A DNA stretch of 64,000 nucleotides, taken from positions 81,344,001-81,408,000 of the forward strand of contig NC_042998.1 of NCBI RefSeq assembly GCF_006345805.1. The letters are read 5' to 3'. The stretch is from Octopus sinensis. Lineage: Eukaryota. The notes under the pieces were generated by a model, which ran no database searches, was not told the DNA's origin, and saw nothing but the letters and a program-made list of their open reading frames with translations. Position numbers and translations under genes: made by a program. Of this stretch, positions 39,176-54,490 are shown piece by piece (position 1 is the first letter of the stretch; every line of letters starts with the position of its first letter).

Positions 39176-40018
39176 CTAAACAACGACAAAAGTAAAGGAG
39201 AAGCAATCGAGAAGCTCATTAGGACTTGCCTGTGCTTATCAGATTGCCTGAACCACAACCACTGAAATGTACAGTCCTCTCCACACCGCTTTAAACCTTT
39301 ACCGCATGACGTTTATTGGGCTCGTCGAAAATATCTCTTATTTACAATCATTTTCAGCAAAGAAAGAAATCCTTCATTTGTATTTTTTCTCTCATATGCT
39401 GCGTATTATTTTTTGTTGTAATTTTTTGTTGTTGTGTGTAACATGCAATGAAAATGCCACATTTATATAAAATACATCTACAAATATTGATAAGTATTAT
39501 ATTTATAATATGCCATGCGGTAAAACGTTACGAAATTAAGAAGAAAATGTTAAATGAATCACGTAAGGCCAGGAAGTACAAAAGTAAAATACCATAAATA
39601 CATATAATAATAAAAACATCTACATGACAGAAATATATTTTTAAATATATTATTGGCGTTCTGTACACAAAATCTAAAATTGAGCGCTTTCTGTATAGAA
39701 TACATATTGAAAGAAAGTTTCACAAAGCAGAACGTGACGACATCAATATCATAAAGAAAATGAAAGTATTTTAATCATTAGAATTTGAAATCACGTATAG
39801 TTCTTAATATTGTATATATATATATTGTAATGAATTTCTGTGTACAACCTAGATTGTATTTTCCACTAATTTATAAATATTAGAGATTAAATTTCAAATT
39901 CAGAGGGCATATGTTATTTTAAAGTGTTGAATATATTTTATTAAGTAGATAAATGGTTTGTAGAGCAAGATCTAAAAGCCAGTTATGTTCCTATGTATAT
40001 ATTATTGTTTCCACTGTA

Positions 40019-40202
40019 GGCACAAAAGAAGAAATTTTGTGATGAAATGCTAGTCGATTAATCAACACAAGTGCTCAACTGCTGTGTATTTTATCGACTG
40101 CAAAGCGATGAAAGCAGAGCCGGCGTAATTTGAACACAACCTGAAGCCGGATTAATACCGCTAAGCATTTTGTCCGGTGTGCTAACGATTCTGCCAGCTA
40201 GC
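40019..40202 (-). mobile_element. tRNA-derived SINE, family 1
   Basis: Reverse complement of the GCTGGCAGAATCGTTAGCACACCGGACAAAATGCTTAGCGG head. Confidence 0.8.
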
Positions 40203-41568
40203 TGACTTCTATATACAATATAAATGAATACGTATGGTCAACAATGCAAAACTGTAGTGTACCCGTTTCATAAGCGGAAGGATTACAGCTAACTATGCTT
40301 TCCTGTTTTTAAAACAGTAGGAAGTAATTTATAGGAAGTTTGGCGGCTTTTCTTAGTAATTACAGCGGCTGCATTGAGGCTTTGTCTTCGTCTCCAAGAT
40401 TTGACAGCCGTTTGTGGTTGGTGTAGCAACAGTGTAGAAGCTACCTAGTTTACACATTCTTTGGTATTATTTTATCTAATTGCGCTCTGCTATTTTTACA
40501 GGGGTAATTTGTCTGTATCACTAATTAGCAATGATATTCATCATTAGTAATATTCTTACTTCAAGAATAATAATAGAATCAATCAATATTATTGCTTTTT
40601 TGAAGGCAGTGGATTGACTGAATTTTTACGCAGTTAAATTTAGTTGTGTTGCTTAAAGTTGTGTTCGCCTCCAGCTAAATTGAATTTTGCATTTCATCCT
40701 TCCGAGGTTTATCAAATAAATAACATCAGTATGGTATAGTTGACCTAATCGGCTGCAGCTATCTTTCATCTTAGCTGGTTTGTGCCCATCTAAGATATTA
40801 TTACTAAAGCATGAATCTGCTAACCTTACAAAGGTAGACTACATGTACTGCATCTACCACGCAGGTGTTTTGCGCATTTATTCCTTTCATATATTTTAGC
40901 AATATTTTTAGTTATATTTTTATATCAAAATTCAAAACATCATTATTGCTATTACAATATTATTCCTGTTATCTCATTATTGCTCTTCTTGCCTTATTTG
41001 TATAGTTATTTGTATAGTTGTACTCCAGGTACAACGTGATCCTGCAGTACTATGGTCAAGCTTTGACCATCTCATATTTTTTGCAGATTTCATGTTCAAA
41101 GAACAAGTTCAATGTCACCGTTGTTAGACAATACGACTGATTTCAGAATGAAATGGTTGCTCTTCATATCAGTTAGAGTGGCTACAGACTGAATCATTGA
41201 ATCGGTTTAAATATTGTGTTCAAAATCGTATTTCTTCGTGACGGAACTAAATATTGCCAGTGACTTTCTCCTGAATTACTAGTAGGATTGTATTGTCATT
41301 GAACACAAGTCATTGATCTATTAATCCATGGCATTTCACGATTATTAACCTGTAAATCCTGGATTTTTGTTTGTCTTTATTATCTAAAGAATTTGCCATT
41401 GAATAAATTACAATAAAACTGCGTCTCTGTTTATGAAAACATGTGTGCATGTAGAATTAATTATCATGTGAATAAATGTATCACTGCCTGCTTTTCCGAT
41501 TAGCTTCGAGACACCATTATTAGTCATAATGTAAATCTATTCCTGACACTTGATACTTGACATAGATG

Positions 41569-41604
<36 letters not shown>

Positions 41605-41621
41605 TGCATACATACATACAC

Positions 41622-41659
<38 letters not shown>

Positions 41660-42794
41660 TGAGAGGATGAGAGAAGGAAAAAGATTAATAAGTATATATA
41701 TTATATATATATATGCGCATGTATGACAGAGAATGTTTCTGTGCTTCTATATGTTCATTGACTCTCACACACACATACATATGCATATATATATATATGC
41801 ACGTGTGGTGGGTGTATGTGTGTGTGTATATGTGTATAAACGAATATCTTGAAATTTAAACAAAGTAAAAAACAATATAAACAGACAGATGGGTTCGATT
41901 AATTGATGAAAGCAATAATATGATTTGAGATAAATTACATTTATACATATAAGTCATTACTTTCGTTAAATGTTAAGTTTCTTAATCAGATATGGTAGTT
42001 TCTCTTGTTTTAGTTACCATTTTATTAGTTTCTTTGACAGACTTTTAATTTTAAATAATTTATGAAATCAACAAGCTAAATTTGTAAGTACGTATGTGAT
42101 TAAGCTTCGAAATGGGGTTGAACCAATCTGTAAGGTGTATAACTTCTAGATGTTTTAAACGACTGATGAATAATTCTAATACTGTCTCAAATCCAAATTA
42201 GATAATTTATTGAACTAACCAGTACCTTGCAAATCGTCATCTCGTATCTATATGTATATACGAAGTTTCTTCGTATACATTTGAAGGTTAATAAGTAATA
42301 GTAATCCTATGCTGTTTTTATCATAGGCGTTCTAATCATGTTTATGGTCGTCTTTCTCACCCGTATAATTTCACCTGTTGAGTTAAAACTAGTCTTATGG
42401 CATGCAGTAAATTTTCATAAAAGACTTTTGACCTTTTGAATGTGATTCATATGCTGTCTGTTACTATTTATTTTATTTTTGTTGCTTAATATAATATTTC
42501 TAGCAATATGTATGGGTCGATGTAATTCACTACTATAAACACGTTCACTACGTAGAATCATCTGACTGCTTAACATATTGTCACCTATAGAGAGACATAA
42601 AATTCTTTACCTACATACGTTCACATATGCACACACATGCACACACATATATATAAACTCATTATCATATGATTTATTATATATATCTATATGCTCGCAT
42701 GTGTGTGTGTGTATGTGTTTATTCGCCATGATAGATCGCTGACCAATATACATTTATACCTTTTTCTATTTCCTCTCCGTTTATTTCTGTGTTC

Positions 42795-42830
42795 CTTTCT
42801 GTCGAAGAGCATAGGCTCGAAACGTAAAAG
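42795..42830 (+). ncRNA. Minimal type-I hammerhead-like motif (variant core CUGUCGA)
   Basis: CUUU-CUGUCGA-A-GAGC(AUAG)GCUC-GAAA-CG-UA-AAAG; stems I and II pair perfectly and stem III is the palindrome ACGU. Confidence 0.55.
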
Positions 42831-42961
42831 ACATTCTCATTTCCCGAGCGTTAAACTAATACATCTGTTTGTTGTTTGCATACCCGTCTGCGATTTATGT
42901 TTTTTTTTTGTAATTCTCACTATATATGTCGTTTTGTATCATCTTCATTTTCTTATTTTCT

Positions 42962-42992
<31 letters not shown>

Positions 42993-43134
42993 ACACACAC
43001 AGAGAAACAAGATGTGGTGAATAAATTGTCGTCTAAATTACGCAAAAATGAAAATAAAAGTGACATCTCATTTTAACAGATATATTTACCAAAATTACAT
43101 AAAACTATCTTGAAATACTAAAGAGTAAATTTAT

Positions 43135-43735
43135 TATAAAATCGCCAATGGCTTCAGCCACGGCCTCCCGACGACTTCAGAATCTCCTGCAACTCTTCTG
43201 GAGAGTCTCCTTGTTTAAGTTGGTGAACGCCGCCATAGTCCTTGCCTTCAGTTTATCTTTCGTGTTACAAGGAGCTTTGTTGGCCCCACACAATAATCAA
43301 GGGGATTGCAGTACTGGGAATTAGGTAGCCTGATGTTGTGGGTGATGTGGACACGAAAATGGCCTGACAGCCATGACTAGGTTATCCTACTTGTGTGGCA
43401 TGGTGCAGAGTCATGTTGCCTGACATAGGGTCTTCCAGCTGCCACCCTCTTTATTCAGAGCAGCACTACCTCTTCCATGCACTTGATGTAGGCTTCCGTA
43501 TTGAGAGTGAGGCCGTGTGGGAAGATGAATAGTGGAATATTGTCGCCGTCATTAGATGTTTGATTTATATCACTCTCGGTACTTGTTTTGGGGACACAGC
43601 AAGCCAGCAGTTGTTCTGTATCTTCACCATCTATTGGTGTCGGGGCTTCCGACGCGAATATCAAGCAGTACAGTATGTCGCTTCAAGACTTATGCCAGAG
43701 TGAATTGCATCATGGTGCCCAACTGACCTTACTGT
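43135..43735 (-). mobile_element. Decayed Tc1/mariner-superfamily transposase fragment
   Basis: QNNCWLAVSPKQVPRV..., LFIFPHGLTLNTEAYIKCMEEVVLL*IKRVAAGRPYVRQHDSAPCHTS, followed by a frameshifted WPPNS..CNPLDY-like region; internal deletion and stops. Confidence 0.85.
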
Positions 43736-44457
43736 ATTGTGTAGTCGACAATATCAAAAACAAAGTGCATTTACAAAATTAAAATTATAAAATGACGACA
43801 ATTTACACATCGCATCATATATATGTGTGTGTGTGTGTGTATGTAATGATTAAGCAAGAAAGACAAAATTACATAATTAATTTAATTACCTTACATCTGT
43901 TTCACTAATAACATAAGGATGGCCACAACAGTGGGCGATATGTAATTTCACTCTTGTGTCACATATTCAGATGTGAAATCACTAAAGTAATTAAATTAAC
44001 CTGTTCTATTTTCAGTTCTTAATTAATTATTGTCGTTTACACTATGATCATACCACACATCAACCTTCAAACTATGAATGTATAAGGATACGAACATGAA
44101 TATTTTGTTGCATTCTTGGGAATGATTGTATTGGAGTGTAATGTAACATATTCAGTTCAAAACAAATAATTGTATGTTTTTTTTTGGGGGGGGGCATATT
44201 AAAGCAAATAATATATACGTACATATACACACACATACATGAATATATATATGTATATGTATATGTATATATATGCAAACTTACATACATACGTAGGTAT
44301 AACATTTGCTTTAAGTTATGATCGATGGAGGGTTATATAAATTGATGTTCCCTTAGATTTAGGAGGGAGAAACATATTTGTAGCTTTCATCTTATGGGCG
44401 TCATGCAACGTGATTAAACTCTACACGATTTACAATATTACAATAAAAAGTTCTGAC

Positions 44458-44509
44458 CTCTTATCAACTGCTGTTTCTTCACTGATATCATCATCTTCAC
44501 TGAATTCAG
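44458..44509 (-). CDS. Candidate 52-nt exon encoding an acidic propeptide EFSEDDDISEETAVDK(R)
   Basis: Acceptor ctcattttttgtttcag and donor AG|gtcaga; phase 1 to 2; strongly acidic, ending in K followed by the split codon AG|N (Arg if N=A/G). Confidence 0.5.
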
Positions 44510-45485
44510 CTGAAACAAAAAATGAGATATATTATTGTTATTAAATTATACTAATTCAATTGAAGCTCAGCAACAGTAACTTTACGAGTGTCGTTATATC
44601 GAAATACGCAGGAAATGCACAAATTCAACACACATTCTATGTTTATTTCGTTTACTCTGTCACTTCTCTTTAACTATATGTACATATACCCATACATACA
44701 TACACGTATACATGCATACATACATAGACAGAACACACACACACACACACCTACATACAAAAACACATATATAATTTTATGTGTAAATGTGTGTTCCTGC
44801 GTGCCTAGTCTCATTTTTGTGATTATGTGCACAACAGCCCTAAGAAGATTCCTAATTTTTGTTCAGTATCTTCATATTTCCAGTTTAGAGAGAGTTTAAA
44901 TTAGTACCAAGTTAAAACAGTTCTGAAATAAATAAATGGATAAGTCTATTGAATACTTTGTTCCATTATAGGATGGACCCAGTAAAATAAAGAAAGCGTT
45001 TTTAATATCACAAACCATGAAATCTTGAGATAGTGTTGTCCACAATATTTTATAGATCCTTTCTGTCTATTTTCCTTGCTTACATCCTTGTGGTAATGGA
45101 GTAATAAATTAAGTGATTTCTAGACCATTTGGGGTCTATATCTAGCGTACAGGCGCTGTCGTTTTCAGCGACCTTGTTATAGATATATTTTATAATTATA
45201 CTTAAATATAAATTAGCCATTATGGCCTTGATAGTACGCTGACCAATGTTAAATCATTAAATAATGACTTTATCCGAATTATGTAGAAATATATATGTAT
45301 ATATGTATAGTGATAGTTTTATGTATTTATAAGAAAAATGTGAATATTAAAATACTGGACCAACCAATTATGTTTTAGAAAGTAACATTTTAATTAATAT
45401 TTCGCAAGGTTAAAAGGTTGACAGTGACAACGAAGAGTCATTTTACAACCCACCACAAGACTTTGTTTTAGTTTAATTTGCCAGC

Positions 45486-45597
<112 letters not shown>

Positions 45598-46069
45598 TTA
45601 ATATATATATATATGCATATGTCTGTATCGCATCATGCAAGGTTTTCTTTTGTAGTTAGATGTAAACCAATATGTATAGAAAAAGGTATGTTACGAGTGA
45701 GACGGCTGTAAGTAAATAGTGGCGTGCTTTTATGAAGCGATGGTTGAAATACATGGACAACAGTATTTTTTTAGAAGTTTAGGTTAGAGTTGAAGATTCT
45801 GGTGGAGAGTAATTTTCTGGTTTGATGCAATAAGTTTGTTACTGTAGGGTTCATTCACACACGAGTTTAGTCCAGGGAATTTGAATATAAAATATACTTG
45901 TGCAGGTGTTCGTGGGAAAGGTATTTCATACTGTTGTAAGAGTTTAATCTAGTTCAAGTTTTAAATAAGACTAATCACGAATTTTTCTATATAAAATGGT
46001 TGTGTGCTAGTGTGCGTTTTGCAGAATAAAGTTTATACATAATAGTAGTTCGATTTTAAAAGAGGATCG

Positions 46070-46072
<3 letters not shown>

Positions 46073-46150
<78 letters not shown>
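46073..46150. repeat. (AG)n microsatellite
   Basis: Directly visible. Confidence 0.97.
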
Positions 46151-46152
<2 letters not shown>

Positions 46153-46330
46153 TTAAGATAGAGATGATAGGATGGGTTGATGTAGATTTATTACCAAAAA
46201 TTGTTTATTGGATGTTACAATACATACCTAGATATAGGTTTAAAATATAGGACATATGTATATATATTTATACACGCTCACACACACTCTTATATAATAT
46301 ATATTTTATGTTTATACCAATAAATTCGCG

Positions 46331-46381
<51 letters not shown>

Positions 46382-46828
46382 TGGATGTAGCAAATGTTCA
46401 ACAAGCACTCAAGCAAATTGAGGTTTGCAAATCATTAGCAAGCCTCGAGGGACATATTCATGTTCATAGAACGTGATTAACTCTTTATTTTACAGAATAC
46501 TCATTTGACGTTCACAAGAAAGGAATCTATCTTATGTATATATACATATGTGTATACGTACAGATATATATATATATGTATGTATGTGTGTGTGTGTGTG
46601 TGTGTGTGTATTAATATATAACCACAAATATAATGTTAATCTACAGCTAAGCGATATTTGTGAACTTTAGTTTGTCAATTTTAGTAATTCTCAAATATTT
46701 TTAACGGCATCTTATAGATGTCATTTATATTAAAGCACTGTTAAAATCATAAGCTAAACAAATATCAATATAGGCCATTGCTATAATGACATAAACGTAT
46801 TTATCCCATAATATCATATAATATGATA

Positions 46829-46867
<39 letters not shown>

Positions 46868-46940
46868 GATATATAGATATGTGTACCGTTGGCGAGTTTT
46901 TTCCTCTGTCTTCCCTTCTCGGGATCTTTCCTTCTTCTAT

Positions 46941-46976
46941 GTTTCCGACGAAGAGCTTCGCTCGAAACGTTGAGAC
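46941..46976 (+). ncRNA. Minimal type-I hammerhead-like motif (variant core CCGACGA)
   Basis: GUUU-CCGACGA-A-GAGC(UUC)GCUC-GAAA-CG-UU-GAGAC; stem I is weakened. Confidence 0.45.
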
Positions 46977-47071
46977 CTCCTTCTTCCCTTCTTTCCTGAG
47001 CGTCCACTAATACTATATTTGTTCCACGTCCTCGCGTTGTTGTGCTTTTTTGTGTTTTCATGTTTGGATTA

Positions 47072-47994
<923 letters not shown>

Positions 47995-50714
47995 ACGAAC
48001 GTCTGCGTGCAGGGAACACGAATTTATGTTATTACGTTGATAATAATTAGTTAATTATAACAATGTAGTGAATAGCATTGTTATAACAAACTGTAAATAT
48101 GACCTAATAATGTTTTTTGTAAGTTTTGAGGAAACAAATGATCGAGTCATTGCTAGATGCATTTATTAATTCGTTCCCTTCATCGCGTCTCTCTCTTCTT
48201 ATAAGTGTTGTTCATTCACTGCGTTATTGATTTGCGAAAATGGTTATTATCAGCTTTTGAGTAGAGGTTAGCATGCTCTTGTAGTATTACATATTTTCAA
48301 TATGAATCTTAAGATTTAATTTTTCCTCCGCAGGTTATCGAGATTTCAAAGCATATCTGCTATGCTTAACTAGTTAATAGTGAATGTAATAGTAATAATA
48401 ATGAACTATTTCTAAAATAAACCAGTTAATAATACAATTATAATAAGTATGCCAATATCAGACAAAATTAATATTCAATAATGCGTATAATCAGAAACTG
48501 CATAATTGTGATTCTCTGAAATTATAATTAAATATTAATTACTACTGGTAAATAGACAGCCATATTCCATCTTTAATTTGTCAGTTCCACGATTATTACA
48601 TATATGCACGGCAATTGGCAAATATTCCTTATATAACTTACAATCAAATATTCAATTATACAAACTCGCAAACAGTTACAAGTTATATATGTAAGACAAA
48701 AGAATAATCTATTAACTAGCGAGCGAGGAGCTTTCCGCCATAATATTTTATCGTATGCCATGTCGGAAGACCATCCAGAATATTAGCACTAGTTGTTTTA
48801 CTACTTGGAAGCTGACAAGCGGGATGTTAATCACGTACAATCGACTGAAAGTCACGTGAAACTATAAATACTAGCAAATCACAATCGATATTTTTATAGA
48901 ATTCCTGAAGCAATGATATGACCAGTGTTAGATTATACGTTTACTCAGCAATTGTGGGCTTCATATTCAAAGGAAAACAGGTTTCACCGGTTATTATCAA
49001 AGCTAAAAGTAAATAGAAGGGATCTTATTGTTAATAAGAGAGACACCCTTTTAAAGATGCTAGGTCTTTATTTGATGTTTGTATGAGATAAGAGTAATCA
49101 ATTGAATTGATATTTTAGGGGAAAGTGTTAATAGTAAAATGATATATCTCTGATATGTAGAATAGAACTGACAGAGCATAGTATATTGTTAAAAAGCCAC
49201 ATGAAAGAAATGTAGTTACGCTGAATGTCTCCTCGCAGAATGATGATGAAGAGCATATATATGCTAATAAAAGCTGGCATTTCAAATGAAACAAAGACAA
49301 ATGATAAGCAAAAAAAAACAGTTGTTTATATCCGTGTAAGATTGATTTTTATCTAATGCATTTATAAGAGAGGGTTGTTAATACGTTACACCTGTTTTTC
49401 TTACCTCGATCAACATACTCATTTAGCAAGCCACATCAATAAAAATGTAAATAACTAGATAAATTAGAATAAATGAAAAGTAGCAAGCTTGACTCTAATA
49501 TATACATCATGTGTTTTTCTATTTGATATGTGAAACTAAAATATAGTTTATTGGCAACGAAAATATTAGTGAAAATCAACTGAACACAAAAAATTCGAGA
49601 AGTTACAGTTTATGAATTTTCTCAATTAAATTCTTTGTATTATTTAGTCACACAATGGATTATTTATATGCTTACTTTTAATGCCTATAATGATAATCAT
49701 GGGAGGTTTATTTGAATCGAACAGGATAAGCTTGAGCTTATCTGAAATGTTAATGACTTTTGGCTTTGAGAACAGGCGCCCCATCGTTACGAGGTTATCT
49801 CCAGATACTACAGGTGGAGTGCAGCAACCTGAAATGCCACTCCGTTCTAATAACCGTAAGACCAACATCGTAGCATTCCACCGTGATCGAATTTGCCTTC
49901 TATTCTTTCGGAGTCGATAAATTAAGTACTAATTGCGTACTGGGATCAATCTAATCGACTGGCCCCCTCCCCCAAAATTTCAGGCGTTGTGCCTAGAGTA
50001 GAAAAAAACATCTTAGCAACTACTGCACTTGCCTTTACATAGTTGGATCAGAGAACGACTAAGTAGTTTTCTGATTGTATTCTTTAACCAGAGTGTTTAA
50101 AGTGATACGTAATTTGTTAACTTATATTATCGAGCTTAAATCGGTAAATCGATATTGGAAATGCAAACAAGACGCACATACATACACACGCATACTTACA
50201 CACACACCTAGTAAATTCTATAAATTGCGTAGGGTGCCATTTTAACCACAGGTGTGAAGATATCTATTTTTTACAATTTAGTCTAGGTAAGAAAGAAAGC
50301 GCACTTGATTTTTCATGCTTTCATATCTTCCAAACCTGTCGAAAAAAAAGAAAAAAAGGAGGGCGTTATCCCCCAAACCTGGGATTGTAACAGTATAAAC
50401 TAGCTCAAATGCTTGGAAGAGAGTGATCTACTCTAAAGGCGTAAAAGACATCGAATAGTGGTGTTACATCGGACGTCATATGAAGCTTATCAATCAATAG
50501 CACAGCATTTTGTTTTTTGTTCCGGCAAATCCTCCAATCAAGTGTAGAAGATAGATATTTTATTTTATGAAGTCAGAAAGAATGAAAGCAAAGTTGGGGT
50601 CAGTGGGATTGAAAACCATAGTGCAGAGAAAAGACAATCACTGCAACGGTTTTTGTTATACACTATAGTGGCACTACAACGAAGATTCCAGTTGAACAGA
50701 TCAACGGAACAACC

Positions 50715-50950
50715 TGCTCATGAAAGTAACCTGTATATGGCTGTACCCTTAATGTACTTCTTAGAGAGATTCAACGTGACACGGAGTGTGAAAAAGCTGG
50801 CCTTGTGAAATACAGGTACAGTACATTTTTGCCAGATGAATGTGAAGTAAAGTGCTTTGTTTAAGAACACAACGCGTCGCCGGGAACTGAACTCATGACC
50901 GAGCGATCTTGTGCCAAATGCCCTAACTACTAAGCTACACGCTTTCCCAT
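50715..50950 (-). mobile_element. tRNA-derived SINE, family 3
   Basis: Minus strand TAGCTTAGTAGTTAGGG...GAGTTCAGTTCC...GTGTTCTTAAACAAAGCACTT; homologous to 63389-63672. Confidence 0.7.
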
Positions 50951-51699
50951 GCACAAAACAGCACCGACAAATTGTCTCTGTAAATATTATTTTCTTAAAC
51001 ACATCCACATATAATGCTTAGAGATATCGCTTTGCAATGTATTCAGTAAAAAGTTGTTAGACAAGAAGAGTTGTTTCTAATTAAGATTAATTAAATTAAA
51101 ATAAAAATACAACATTTATAATAATGATAATACACATGTGTGTTTGCTTTGAAGTCGTAGCCAATACAAAGACTTCTTGAATGCGTAAAGGAGATTGTTA
51201 CAGTTGTGTGGTTACTATATATTTCTGTCGCTATGTGACAACGCAATCAGATCTCACAAAATATTCTTTAGAAATGTTACCGTTTATTTAAACTAACTAT
51301 TTGTTAATAGTATGACAATTATTCTGTCTTAATGCTACAAAGTCAAATATATGAATTCAGATTTTATCACTTTTCCTACATCAGAGATGATGAATTCTTG
51401 TCCAAGCAAGGGACTCACTTAAAGTGCGCGCCATTTAAAAGACCCTCAAAAGATTGAAATGCAACTGGCGTTTTCGCTGGCCGATACTGGAAGGAGTTTT
51501 GTGCCTCTCTGATATTCAGCATTTAACGCAGGAGTTCAATAAGAAATATTATCTCAGGACAAATATCGGTTCAGTTAATCTATCGACATTATGAATAGGT
51601 TTAACCTGATACGTATGTAGCTATATTAATCAAATATTGACAAAATTGCTCATACTGGATATATATATATTTGTTGTGTGCGTATACATATATAAATGC

Positions 51700-51802
<103 letters not shown>

Positions 51803-51837
51803 TATATATATGTGTGTGTGTATATATTTTTATAACT

Positions 51838-52225
51838 TGTGTGGTAAAAAGCGTGTTTCCCAACCACATGGTTCAGGGTTCATTTCTACTGCGTCATACC
51901 TTGGGCAAGTGTTTTGTCCTATAGCCTCGGGCCGACCAAAGCCTTGTGAGTGGATTTAGTAGAGGAAACTGAAAGAAGCCCGTTGTATATGTATATATAT
52001 ATATATATATATATAGTTGTGTGTCTGTGTTTGTCCTCCACCATCGCTTGACAACCGATGCTGGTGTGTTTACATCCCCGTAACTTAACGGTTCGGCAAA
52101 AGATACCGATGGAATAAGTACTAGGCTTACAAAGAATAAGTCTTGGGTTCAATTTGGTCTACTAAACGCAGTACTCCAGAAGAGCCGCAGTCAGGTGATT
52201 GAAACAAGTACAAGAATAAAAGAAT
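51838..52225 (+). mobile_element. tRNA-derived SINE, family 2
   Basis: Homologous to 4482-4872, including the internal (TA)n. Confidence 0.82.
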
Positions 52226-54207
52226 ACACACACACACATAATCCCTTATACTTATATAATGTCGCTTCTTAAATTCTTGCAGTCTTTGTAAATTCCTCTG
52301 AACTGACGCCACAGCTCTTTCATTTTAACACTGATAAGATATTCATAAATTACTGAATCCATAATGTGTTGTGTTTATTTCTTGGCTTTAATCAGTAAGT
52401 TCACTATCAGGCAATTCTGTCTTTCCACATTTCTCTCTTTAGAAACTGTACTTATCGTATGGAAGAACAAATTAGAAACTAAGCTATAATGTGGTTTCGT
52501 TGCTAGTGCATTGACGACCTAACATATTGGCAGTGTGGTAATAGTCAGTTGTGTGAGACACACACACATACACATACACACACTTGCGCTCGCACACACA
52601 CGCACACAGACGTACGTACACACACAGGATAATTAAATTGGTTCTGCTTTAGAATTTTAGCCTGCAGTGGTGTTGTTTTTTTATGATATTAATTCTTTTA
52701 TGGTGGTGCGACATCATGGCCACAGCCTCTAGGTGAAGCGAATAGCTGAATGAAAGAGCACTTATAAAAAGCATTCTTCTGATATTTGTCTCTTTATGTG
52801 TGTTTATGCGAATGTGTATTGGACGTTTGATATGTAAACATAAACTTATTTGAAAAGAGTTAGTATTCTTGCCTGACGGAAAGATTCTGAATATTGATGC
52901 GAATATTAATAGTATCACGTCAAAACTAGTGGCTTATCCATTTCAAATTAACTTAAATACTTTCTGAAGAAGTTAGAATTCAATATAAGCTTAGACTTCC
53001 AGCAGTGGCTCAGCAGTCAATATCGGTGTGAAATCTGGAGCACATTCGCAATTTTTGACGTTTTAATCCCAAAGCAGTTTGTACGTTGGTTGTGTATCGC
53101 CAAATTAATTTTTAATAATCTTTTGAGAACGGTGAAAATGCAGTAGAAGATATTAAACTAGTTTGTTGTACACCCGTATCCGGGTAACTGGAATCGATCT
53201 TACACAATTCTATTGACTATAAGATGTTGTATGTATACATACTATTATATACAGGTCATAAAATCATATTAGCCTAATATGATCTCACGACAATGTAATT
53301 GTTCAAATCACTTGTGTATAAAGATGAAGCGACAGAAACTAGTTTCTTTCATATTCTTTGTAAATTTGAACCTTCATAATGATGATGAATCATAGAACAT
53401 TCCTCATAAATGTATATTAAGCTATGAACAGATTAGTCTTGCGCTTAATTGGCTAACATAACAGATGAATTATGAAACAAATAATCCACTTGTATCAGTC
53501 ATTAGAAGCCGCCGCCCCCCCATTTTCATCGCAATGAAAATTTTGCTCAAATAAATGATAAATGTTTTTGCGTAGAACTATTTAGACCGACCACGCATAT
53601 ATTTAATGACAATATACAATTTTAATCTCAAATCTTACTTCTACGTATTATGAAACAAATATTATATATACATACTAATGTAGAAATATATTTCTGCTTC
53701 TCCCAGTAACCATTAAATCTTTATGCCCACAACTCAGATGTAGTCTACGATAACTGGCTTGTCTCATACATGGATACAAGCAAAAGCATCATACACTGCA
53801 TCTAAAACAAGGCCATTAGATTCATTCGCAAAACTCTACTCAACATACACTCTAACCAGAGGTCAACATACTAACTACCTCCCCTCTCTACCGACTTTAT
53901 CGCTACTACAGTGGTTTCTAGTCTTTAGTGCTTGTTGGTTTCGACCACCTTGATTCAGTTCCGATTCGCATTTATCTCCCACTCTCGTCACCCACGGTAT
54001 TTCCATCACCTCTCATTCATTGTTCTAATCACTCTACCTCATTTTTGCTCCCACAGAACATCGACGCCCTGGATCACCACTCCACCACCCCTCGTGCATG
54101 GCTTTCGTGTGGACGTGGATTAGCAAATGTTTGAGAACGTAAACTATGTCAAACTTACCAGCTTTTTAAAGCCCTGCTGTAGCCTCATCCTCCACGTTAA
54201 TCTAAAT

Positions 54208-54257
<50 letters not shown>

Positions 54258-54261
54258 ACAT

Positions 54262-54490
54262 ACATATTGGTTTCAAATTTTGGCACTAGGTCAGCAAGTT
54301 CGAAGAAGGGTCTAAATCGATTACATTAACTTCTGTGCTCAACTGGTATTTATTTTACCGACCCCGAAATGATGAAATTCAAAGCCGAACCCAGCGACAT
54401 TTGAATTCAATTGACTTCAGAACATGAAGGCGGATGAGATGCCCGTAACCATTTTGTCCGGCGTGCTAACGAATTTCTCAGGTTGCAGCC
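54262..54490 (-). mobile_element. tRNA-derived SINE, family 1
   Basis: Reverse-complement homology (CATTTTGTCCGGCGTGCTAACG; CAACTGGTATTTATTTTACCGACCCCGAAA). Confidence 0.78.

Noticed and set aside
49644-49920. Overlapping ORFs on both strands, a GCCTPP motif and small hairpins (49725-49742, 49816-49843)
   Set aside because: Only a CC pair without further Cys framework, no good splice signals, and it merges into a SINE tail.
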